Part shown: one piece after another, positions 19,453 through 27,520 of the stretch
Numbering within the stretch: position 1 is the first letter of the stretch
How the letters are laid out: each line of letters starts with the position of its first letter
Source of the DNA: Waddliaceae bacterium
GTDB lineage: Bacteria; Chlamydiota; Chlamydiia; Chlamydiales; Waddliaceae
Assembly: GCA_963724325.1 (NCBI GenBank)
Contig: CAVRUH010000001.1
Coordinates: 256,001 to 320,000, forward strand
Length of the DNA: 64,000 nt
Direction of reading: 5' to 3'
The notes under the pieces: model-generated
Told to the model about the DNA's origin: nothing
The model's input: only the letters and a program-made list of their open reading frames with translations
Database searches by the model: none
Made by a program: the position numbers and the translations under genes

Positions 19453-20199
19453 ATGCATCTCTTTATTTACAGTCTTTTTTTTGTTTTCCTATCTTTTCAT
19501 CCATTGTCAGCTGAAGAACCTTTATTATTAGATCGCTTCCATATTTGTACTGTGGCCTCATTTGAAAACGATTATTTAAATAAACTCAATACATCATGCA
19601 ACATGCATCATATAGATTTAGAGATTATTGGATTAGATTTACCTTATTATGGTAATGGAACAAAACTTCTTCGTTTGAGTGAATACTTAAGCGGACTCGA
19701 TGACGATGATATCGTCATGTTTGTAGATGCCTTCGACGTCCTAATCATTGTTGATAAAGAAGTGATTTTACAGAAATTTTTAGATATGAATGTCCCATTT
19801 GTCATGTCTGCAGAAAAAAATTGTTTTCCTTTTGCTAATCTTGCTGATCAATATCCTGAAACCACCAGTCTATTTAAATTTATCAATTCAGGGGCTTTTA
19901 TTGGTTATGTGCGGAACCTAAAAACATGGTTAAAGGACCTTAGCCCTTTCGATTTACAAAAAAGCGATCAAGGTCAAATTACAATTCACTACTTAAGCAA
20001 TCCAGAGGCATTTGCTATAGATTATTACTGCGAGTTGTTTTTGTCGTTATATCATGTAAAGGAGCAAGAAATTGCAATTGATGATGACAATGGAGTGGTA
20101 CATTGTTTAATAACGGGTTCTGAGCCGTGTGCGATTCATGCAAATGGAAAATCTTTTTATCTTTGGAACATCATCTATGAAAAATTGGTAGTCAATTGA
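19453..20199 (+). CDS. PLOD/procollagen glycosyltransferase-like domain protein with signal peptide
   Basis: ICTVAS, GNGTK, DDIVMFVDAFDV, MSAEKNCFP, FINSGAFIG, SDQ match the PLOD GT domain pattern; leader ends PLSA-EE. Confidence 0.8.
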   Translation: MHLFIYSLFFVFLSFHPLSAEEPLLLDRFHICTVASFENDYLNKLNTSCNMHHIDLEIIGLDLPYYGNGTKLLRLSEYLSGLDDDDIVMFVDAFDVLIIVDKEVILQKFLDMNVPFVMSAEKNCFPFANLADQYPETTSLFKFINSGAFIGYVRNLKTWLKDLSPFDLQKSDQGQITIHYLSNPEAFAIDYYCELFLSLYHVKEQEIAIDDDNGVVHCLITGSEPCAIHANGKSFYLWNIIYEKLVVN

Positions 20200-20840
20200 A
20201 TCTATACTTAAGAATATTCTACATCATATCTTTAATTATTTCGCACAATATAGATGCGCTTGATGACAAAATTAAACAAGATATTAAACATCTAGTAGCA
20301 AATAATCCAAATCAGCTTGTAGAAGTCGAATACACATTAATAGTTGAGAAACTAATAAATAAATCGCCTTGTAATATGCTTGTCTTTGGCGTAGGTCGGG
20401 ATAGTAAGCTGTGGATAGAAAGTAACTTCCTCGGTCAAACTATCTTTCTGGAAGACAATAAAACCTGGTTTAATCGTATATGCTCGGAAATTCCGCAAAT
20501 AAATGCCTGCCTTGTACAGTACAACACAAAAAGAAAAGATTGGCAATATTGGCTTGAGGAATCTAAGGCGCAAGAACTCTTGCTAGATCTTCCATCAGAA
20601 ATAATGGAGACTAAGTGGGACATTATTTTTGTTGATGGGCCAGAGGGATGGTCTGATGATAAACCCGGTAGGATGAAAAGTATTTTTACAGCAGCATATC
20701 TCGCTTATAAAAGTGAAAACTGTCATGTCTTTGTACATGATTGCGATCGTCCTGTTGAGGCAATTTATAGCTCAATGTTTTTAATGGATGAAAATTTAGA
20801 GTGCACTCTATGCCGCCTTCGCCACTATTTTATTCCTTGA
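20196..20840 (+). CDS. DUF579 polysaccharide methyltransferase (plant GXM/IRX15-like)
   Basis: PCNMLVFGVGRDS, TIFLED, WDIIFVDGP, PGRMKSIFTA, VFVHDCDRPVE, LRHYFIP; TTG start overlaps upstream TGA. Confidence 0.85.
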   Translation: MNLYLRIFYIISLIISHNIDALDDKIKQDIKHLVANNPNQLVEVEYTLIVEKLINKSPCNMLVFGVGRDSKLWIESNFLGQTIFLEDNKTWFNRICSEIPQINACLVQYNTKRKDWQYWLEESKAQELLLDLPSEIMETKWDIIFVDGPEGWSDDKPGRMKSIFTAAYLAYKSENCHVFVHDCDRPVEAIYSSMFLMDENLECTLCRLRHYFIP

Positions 20841-20990
20841 ATTTCAGTTCTAAGGCGTAGATTTGCGCTTTCTCAAAAAACTTTACACATAATTAACATA
20901 ATCTTTATATATCCTTAATACTTATGATATATAATTATTATTTAAAACAGTAAAGTTTTAATATATATCAAAAAAAAGGAGATGTTAATC

Positions 20991-21656
20991 ATGGATATTA
21001 GAAAAATAGACACTTATGGCGTAGAATCAAATAGCCAAAAGTTTACAAAGCCACTACGTGCATTACTTGGTGGAAAAAAAATTACACAAATGGAAGATGG
21101 CACTTCGCAGGCTAAACAAATCGCTAACCTCGCCGCAAGAATATTACTCGCTCTTGCTCTCGTAATTAGCGGTATCGGACTTCTATACATTATACCTGCC
21201 GCAATTGTCTTAGCTGCTGCATCAAAGCCAGAAAAAATACCTGCTCTTATGTTAAAAGAAACTGAAACAAAAGTGACTGTTTTAGACACAGAGGAAGAAA
21301 ACATAATTACTGAAGAAAAAGAAATTGAAGAACTTACATTTGCTCAAAAGGCAGTCCTTGTTGAACCAAAATTATCAAAGGAAACTGAAGAGGAATCTAA
21401 AATTACCGTTCTATGCTTAATGGATATTGAAAAAGTAGAGACAGTTACAATATCTATGATTAGTGATTCCGAAAAAAAAGTTCTGGACGTGAAACCGGCT
21501 TATATACCGAAGAATGCTAATAAACAAACAAAAAAGAAATTAAATAGTAAAGCGACTAAAAATGCGCAAAAACTAGCTAAAGAAAGAGAAGTAAACGATT
21601 TATATAACGAAATCACTTTAACAGAATCAAATAAAACAATAAAGAAAAAACAGTAG
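20991..21656 (+). CDS. Inc-like membrane protein (bilobed hydrophobic segment, charged tail)
   Basis: ARILLALALVISGIGLLYIIPAAIVLAAA followed by acidic then lysine-rich tail; AGGAG upstream. Confidence 0.7.
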   Translation: MDIRKIDTYGVESNSQKFTKPLRALLGGKKITQMEDGTSQAKQIANLAARILLALALVISGIGLLYIIPAAIVLAAASKPEKIPALMLKETETKVTVLDTEEENIITEEKEIEELTFAQKAVLVEPKLSKETEEESKITVLCLMDIEKVETVTISMISDSEKKVLDVKPAYIPKNANKQTKKKLNSKATKNAQKLAKEREVNDLYNEITLTESNKTIKKKQ

Positions 21657-21690
21657 ATCACTCGATCTAAATATCAGTGAGGAACCTGCC

Positions 21691-21722
21691 GAGGTGGTGC
21701 GCATGCACCACCTCTTTTTTTT
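21691..21722 (+). terminator. Rho-independent terminator
   Basis: gaggtggtgc-gcat-gcaccacctc hairpin followed by a long T run. Confidence 0.85.
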
Positions 21723-21753
21723 CTGCCTGCGAGCCCTTCACTATTTAATTAAC

Positions 21754-22812
21754 TCACTTAGCCTTAAGAGAAGACATATCGATAGAGAAGCGGTATTTCA
21801 CATCGGATTTGAGCATTCTTTCATAGGCTTCATTGACCTTTTGAATGGAAATAACTTCAACGTCAGCAGTAATATTATGCTCACCACAAAAGTCGAGCAT
21901 CTCCTGGGTTTCGGCGATGCCGCCGATGAGGGAACCGGAGAGGCTATGGCGTCCCATGATAAGAGAAAATGGCGAAAAACCCAAGGGTTTCGGCGATACA
22001 CCGACCAGTGTAATGGTACCGTCGATGCGCAGCAATTTGAGGTAGACGTTGATATCATGATCGGCAGAAACAGTGTCAAGAATGAAGTCAAAACTACCGG
22101 CGTGTTTTTGCATCTCGTCATTATTTTTGGAAATAACAACCTCATCGGCGCCAAGGCGGAGAGCGTCTTCCTTCTTGCTAGGAGAGGTGGTGAATACAAC
22201 TACATGGGCGCCAAATGCATGGGCAAACTTAACACCCATGTGACCCAGTCCTCCAAGGCCAATCACACCAACCTTCTTGCCTTTTGTTACTTCCCAGTGT
22301 CGCATTGGCGAGTAAGTTGTGATCCCAGCACAGAGAAGAGGCGCTGTTCCAGCAAGATCGAGGTTAGGGGGTACGCGCAATACAAAGCGTTTGTCTACGA
22401 CGATACTAGTAGAATAACCACCGTAGGTTACGCCTCCAAGATGTTTGTCTGGTCCATTAAAGGTAAGGGTTAAGTTAGGACAGAATTGTTCAAGGCCAGC
22501 CTTGCAATTGGGACAGGTGCCATCCGCATCGACCATACAGCCAACTGCCACTATGTCACCGACCTTGTAATTAGTAACAGATGGTCCAATTTTAGTAACA
22601 CGGCCCACGATCTCATGGCCCGGAACGATAGGATAAACAGTGGGCACAGTACCACTCCATTCATTACGGACTTGGTGAAGGTCTGAGTGGCAAATGCCAC
22701 AGAAGAGGATTTCGATCTGAACATCATTTTCAGTTATATCGCGACGCTTGATTTCAGCGGGAGCCAGCGGCGAGGTTGAACTAACAGCAGAGTAAGCTTT
22801 TGCATTATACAT
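21754..22812 (-). CDS. Zn-dependent NADP(H) alcohol dehydrogenase (YahK/CAD type)
   Basis: CGICHSDLH, PGHEIVG, APLLCAGIT, GLGGLG, DVKYRFSID. Confidence 0.95.
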   Translation of the reverse strand: MYNAKAYSAVSSTSPLAPAEIKRRDITENDVQIEILFCGICHSDLHQVRNEWSGTVPTVYPIVPGHEIVGRVTKIGPSVTNYKVGDIVAVGCMVDADGTCPNCKAGLEQFCPNLTLTFNGPDKHLGGVTYGGYSTSIVVDKRFVLRVPPNLDLAGTAPLLCAGITTYSPMRHWEVTKGKKVGVIGLGGLGHMGVKFAHAFGAHVVVFTTSPSKKEDALRLGADEVVISKNNDEMQKHAGSFDFILDTVSADHDINVYLKLLRIDGTITLVGVSPKPLGFSPFSLIMGRHSLSGSLIGGIAETQEMLDFCGEHNITADVEVISIQKVNEAYERMLKSDVKYRFSIDMSSLKAK

Positions 22813-23053
22813 AAAATTTATCCTCCTATTGGTTTTTAAAAACTAATTTAAATCTATAAAATTTACTTTATAATCTTTTAATACACTTTCTTTTTATTTA
22901 TGTAAATAAAAAAATTTAGTGATTTCAAATTTTTCTAAGGCTAACTGCATGCAAAACCAATGTTAAATTTTAAAATTATTAATATTTTTCTTGCGTCATT
23001 ATTAGAGAAAATGATAAATTTTTAATAAAAACAAAAAACAGGAGATGTTAATC

Positions 23054-24323
23054 ATGATAGTTAGATCAATAGACACTTTCGGCGTAGAATCAAATGGCCA
23101 AAAATTTACAAAACCACTGCGCGCATTACTTGGCGGCAGAAAAAATTACACGTATGCAAGATGGTACTTTGCAGGCAAAACAAATAGCTAACCTCGCCGC
23201 AAGAATACTACTCGCTCTTGCCCTCGTAATTAGCGGTATCGGACTTTTATACATTATACCAGCTGCAATTGTCTTAGCCGCAGCACCAAGGACCAAAAAA
23301 ATACCCACTCTTAAACCTGTAGAAACTGAAACAAAACCAGTGGCTAATGCTTCTCTGGCTGAAATAGTTACTCCTTCAAAGGATATCAAAACAAAAGAAA
23401 CTGTTTTAGAGCAAAAAGTTGAAGAAGAAAAAGAAGAGCCTAAAGAAACAATTATTACCCCTTCAAAGGATATTGAAACAGAAGAAACTATTTTAGAGCA
23501 AAAAGTTGAAGAAGAAGAAGAGCCTAAAGATGCAATTGTTACTACTTCAAAGGATATCGAAACAGAAGAAACTATTTTAGAGCAAAAAGTTGAAGAAGAA
23601 GAAAAAGAAGAGTCTAAAGAAGCAATTGTTACTCCTTCAAAGGATATCGAAACAGAAGAAACTGTTTTAGAGCAAAAGGTTGAAAAAGAAGAAGAAGAAC
23701 CTAAAGAAGCAATTATTACGGCACCAATGGTTATCGAAGCAGAAGAAACTGTTTTAGAGCAAAAGGTTGAAAAAGAAGAAGAAGAACCTAAAGAAGCAAT
23801 GGTTACCCCTTCAAAGGATATCGAAACAGAAGAAACTATTTTAGAGCAAAAAGTTGAAGAAGAAGAAAAAGAAGAGTCTAAAGAAGCAATTGTTACCCCT
23901 TCAAAGAATATCGAAATAGAAGAAACTATTTTAGAGCAAAGGGTTGAAGAAGAAGAAAAAGAAGAGCCTAAAGAAGCAATTGTTACTCCTTCAAAGGATA
24001 TCGAAACAGAAGAAACTGTTTTAGAGCAAAAGGTTGAAAAAGAAGAAGAAAAAGAAGAGTCTAAAGAAACAATTGTTATGGCACCAATGGTTATCAAAAG
24101 TCAAAATATTGTTTTCGAAAATAAGGTTGAAGATTCCCCATCTGTTGTAACAGGAAGATCCCCTAAAGCAGTTGCACCCAAGCAAGTCTCACAAGGCAAC
24201 ACAAAGAAAGCAGGAAAGAAAAAAGCAAAAAGAGAAGCGAAAAAGTCAGCTGTACTTGCAAGATTAGGCTCTATAATCCAAGATTTTAAATCTGACACTA
24301 AAAAACCAAAGAAGAGAAAGTAG
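23054..24323 (+). CDS. Inc-like membrane protein with acidic tandem repeats; apparent +1 frameshift near the 5' end
   Basis: 5' end aligns codon-for-codon with paralogue 20991 until an extra A in the A6 run at 23140-23145; downstream frame has the identical hydrophobic segment. Confidence 0.7.
23361..24130 (+). repeat. Intragenic tandem repeat, 84-93 bp unit, 8 copies plus one degenerate
   Basis: Unit KEAIVTPSKDIETEET(I/V)LEQKVEEEEKEE(P/S). Confidence 0.95.
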
Positions 24324-24628
24324 ATCGTAAGCGTCAAACCGGAGCCGTTGCCTAACTCAACGCTCAGTCTAATTTGGAGTGACCTAATTCATTAGGTCTT
24401 TTTCAGGGCTGAATTTATTCGGCCCTGTGCATGGCAAGATTTCGCCATTCACCTAAGGAGGGCAAGGTGTCGCCCTCCACCGAGCCGAATAAATTCGGCT
24501 CGGAAAAAGACCCAATGAATTGGGTCACTCCAAACCGGAAATACGTAAGCGTCAAACTAACCCATCCTGATATTTGCCCTCGTTGTAGCGAAGCGAAGGC
24601 AAATATCAAGATGGGTTACAGTAGATCG
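24319..24628. mobile_element. Nested palindromic MITE-like insertions
   Basis: Direct repeats agtagatcg (24319, 24620) and cgtaagcgtcaaac (24326, 24544); long inverted arms 24373-24427 / 24480-24534; second palindrome 24558-24618. Confidence 0.65.
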
Positions 24629-24653
24629 CATGACCTAATGATCAGTGACTAGC

Positions 24654-24684
24654 GAGGTGGTGCTTGCGCATCACCTCTTTTTTT
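24654..24684 (+). terminator. Rho-independent terminator, paralogous to 21691-21722
   Basis: gaggtggtgc-ttgc-gcatcacctc followed by T run. Confidence 0.8.
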
Positions 24685-26443
24685 ATTTTCCTGCTTGAGA
24701 GGGCAGTGCAATAGTAAATGTTGACCCCTTGTCAACTTGTGATTCTACTGAAACCCTTCCGAAGTGCTTGGTTACGATCATTTCGACGATTGAAAGACCC
24801 AAGCCAGAGCCGCCAACTTTTTTTGAACGTGCCTTATCAACCTGATAAAATCTATGAAAGATATTGCTTAGGTCCTTATCAGGGATGCCAAGCCCTTTGT
24901 CGGTGACGGAAAGATAAATCCAGCCTCCCTCTTCTTTAAGAGAAATGGTTACCTCTGCTGGAGGCTCGGAATAATTTACCGCATTAGTCAACAAATTCAT
25001 GATCGCTAGGTCGAGAAGATTTGGATCGGCAAGAAGGTGGAAATCGCTATTGGAGACACGGACTAATTTAACTTTAGCATCAGGATGGGCATCGTGGATG
25101 CTCTCAATACATCTTTCTGCCAAATCGACAAGATCGCAATCAAAAAGACGTGTTTCTGGAATTCGCTCGATATCGGTAATAGTGAGAAGGTCTTTGATTA
25201 GAATCGTCATTTTTTCACAATTTTTGACGATTTTCCGAGTAATTTCCTCAGTAATTTTTTTGTCTAGATCAGGATTATCATAGAGGGTTTCAGCAAATCC
25301 ACGAATGATAGTAATGGGCGTCTTTAACTCGTGCGAGGCATTGGCGATGAAATCTTTTCTCATTTCAATGAGTTTATAATGTTCGGTTGTATCATGAAGA
25401 ACTAAAATTGCTCCAGTGCCATCACGTGTAGGAGCGGCAATGGCATTGAGATAAATCCTTTCTCCATTCCTTTTAATATCTAATGTTTCAGTGATAATAA
25501 TTTTTTCATCTAGACATTTTTTTAGAATGAAATAGCATCTATCATGTATTTCACTTGTGAAGGCTTTACCGAGAAAATCTTTCGCCTTAATTTTAAGGTG
25601 TTTGATAGCCATTGTGTTTGCATATTCGACGATCATATTTGAGTCGAGAGAAATTACCCCTTCAACTAGGGACTCCAGAATGGTATCTCGCTCGTTTTTT
25701 TCGTGGGTTATTGAATTAATCTGGTCGCTTAATTTGATAGAAAGAGAATTCAGGGTATCGGCCAGTTTTCCAAATTCATCTGTCCTGCCCTTGGGTTGCA
25801 ATTGTATTTCAGGAACGGTAGTGGTCAAACCCTGTTGGTAGGGGATGATTGCTTTATTTATCTGCTGGATGGGTTTTGTGAGGTAATTGATGACAAACCA
25901 GGTCATGGTGCTAAATAAAATAAGGACAAATATCGCTGCTCCAAAAATACCTATTTCAAACTCATTTGTGAGGGCTTCTACATATTTTAGAGGAAATGCA
26001 ATCCGGAGCACGTATGTTTCCCCATGAAAATTGAATGCTTTTGCAAAGTAAGCAAAATCTTGATCAAAGAGTTTGGAATATCCTTCGGAGTAACCGACGC
26101 CTTTCTCGAAGGCCTCATTCACTTCAATATGATTCACAATATATTCAGGATTAAAATCCTCACCTAAAAATCTTTTCACGTGGGAATCGTAAATCACCTT
26201 TTTTTCACTGCTAATTACCGCTACTCGGAAGTAAATGATCGACTTTTGTTCTTTCAGATTCTGAATCAGCGAATCGTCATCTGGAGAATCCTTGATTCTT
26301 GAAATGAGTTCCTCGGCTCGCTCGTCCATTGCGGTAAATGAAATGTCCTTAACAGTTCTATGGGCAAAGGGAAACAAGAGACCTATGATGAGAAAAAATA
26401 CAAAAAGATAGGTTGCAAGGATTTTTTGCCTAAATGTCAGCAT
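24683..26443 (-). CDS. PhoR-like sensor histidine kinase (2 TM, HAMP, PAS, HisKA, HATPase)
   Basis: FIANASHELKTP H-box, NLLTNAVNY, DKGLGI, FHRFYQVD, GSGLGLSIV. Confidence 0.92.
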   Translation of the reverse strand: MLTFRQKILATYLFVFFLIIGLLFPFAHRTVKDISFTAMDERAEELISRIKDSPDDDSLIQNLKEQKSIIYFRVAVISSEKKVIYDSHVKRFLGEDFNPEYIVNHIEVNEAFEKGVGYSEGYSKLFDQDFAYFAKAFNFHGETYVLRIAFPLKYVEALTNEFEIGIFGAAIFVLILFSTMTWFVINYLTKPIQQINKAIIPYQQGLTTTVPEIQLQPKGRTDEFGKLADTLNSLSIKLSDQINSITHEKNERDTILESLVEGVISLDSNMIVEYANTMAIKHLKIKAKDFLGKAFTSEIHDRCYFILKKCLDEKIIITETLDIKRNGERIYLNAIAAPTRDGTGAILVLHDTTEHYKLIEMRKDFIANASHELKTPITIIRGFAETLYDNPDLDKKITEEITRKIVKNCEKMTILIKDLLTITDIERIPETRLFDCDLVDLAERCIESIHDAHPDAKVKLVRVSNSDFHLLADPNLLDLAIMNLLTNAVNYSEPPAEVTISLKEEGGWIYLSVTDKGLGIPDKDLSNIFHRFYQVDKARSKKVGGSGLGLSIVEMIVTKHFGRVSVESQVDKGSTFTIALPSQAGK

Positions 26444-27513
26444 AATGCCCCGCCAATTGTGTGCGGCTGGGTTGATCTCTTTGTCAAATTCTCATGCCCC
26501 TCTCCAGTAATAACAACGGTATCTTCAATACGTACACCGCCAACATCAGGAAGATATATTCCTGGCTCTATCGTGATGACCATTCCTGGTTTAAGTTGCA
26601 TTTCACCATGCGGTGGTATATTTCGCACTGTTGGGGCTTCATGAATTTCTAGGCCGACTCCATGACCTAAGTTATGTGTAAACTGATCTCCATATCCCTT
26701 GGAATTTATAAATCCTCTCGCAGCATCGTCAAGTTCCCCGATTGTCGTTCCTGGCTTGCAAATATGCAGAGCTCTCTCCTGTGCCTCACGAACGATTTCG
26801 TATATGGTTTCTATACGCGGATCGGGATTGCCAAAAAAGACCACGCGTGTCATATCCGAATGGTAATGTTTCCAGTTGACGCCGATGTCAATAAGGACTG
26901 GTTGTCCAAATAGCAACTGAGTATTTCCGGGTCGATAGTGCGGCATGGAAGAATTGTGCCCAAATGCTATAATAGGGTCAAATCCAAGCCCCTTGCTTCC
27001 TCTTCTCTTCCAGAATATTTCTAGTTCAACAGCAATCTCAACTTCGGTAATGCCTTCTCTAAGGAGTGTGCAAACAAAGTCAAATCCTGCTGATCCCACG
27101 CTAGCTGCATCGCGAAGGAGGTCGATTTCATACTTATCTTTAATTAGACGTAAAGTCTCCACAGGTCTATTAGCTGGAATCAATTCAATATTTTTTATCT
27201 GTGCTGTTTTCTGCAATTCCACATATTGCTGAAATGATGTTTTTTCACTACTAAAAGCTAGTTTTTTTAATCCATTCGATGCTAGAAGTTCCCATACAGT
27301 ATCAGGCTTGCTAAGAACAACAGAAATTGGACTTTTCTTTGAACAGGCCTCAAAATACCGGCTATCCACAATGAGATAGGCCCCATTTTTATGGACAAGG
27401 ACTTTTCCTGCGGTAAGCTCCATCCCTGTAAGGTAATACATATTGATCGGATCATCGATCAATAGAGCCGTTTCATTTGTCTTTTGTAGAGCTTCTATTC
27501 GTTTGTTGTACAT
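26437..27513 (-). CDS. pepP: Xaa-Pro aminopeptidase (M24B)
   Basis: HYHSDMTR, HNLGHGVGLEIHE, TIEPGIY, GVRIED. Confidence 0.92.
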   Translation of the reverse strand: MYNKRIEALQKTNETALLIDDPINMYYLTGMELTAGKVLVHKNGAYLIVDSRYFEACSKKSPISVVLSKPDTVWELLASNGLKKLAFSSEKTSFQQYVELQKTAQIKNIELIPANRPVETLRLIKDKYEIDLLRDAASVGSAGFDFVCTLLREGITEVEIAVELEIFWKRRGSKGLGFDPIIAFGHNSSMPHYRPGNTQLLFGQPVLIDIGVNWKHYHSDMTRVVFFGNPDPRIETIYEIVREAQERALHICKPGTTIGELDDAARGFINSKGYGDQFTHNLGHGVGLEIHEAPTVRNIPPHGEMQLKPGMVITIEPGIYLPDVGGVRIEDTVVITGEGHENLTKRSTQPHTIGGALC

Positions 27514-27520
27514 TTTTTCC

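Noticed and set aside
21694..22473. 259-aa plus-strand ORF
   Set aside because: Antisense shadow of the well-conserved alcohol dehydrogenase; starts inside a terminator and has no recognisable motifs.
23126..24097. 323-aa Ser-rich minus-strand ORF
   Set aside because: Mirror of the Glu/Lys-rich tandem repeats on the plus strand.
24415..24652. Two short ORFs (64 and 73 aa) on opposite strands
   Set aside because: Both lie within palindromic repeat DNA; no RBS or protein motifs.
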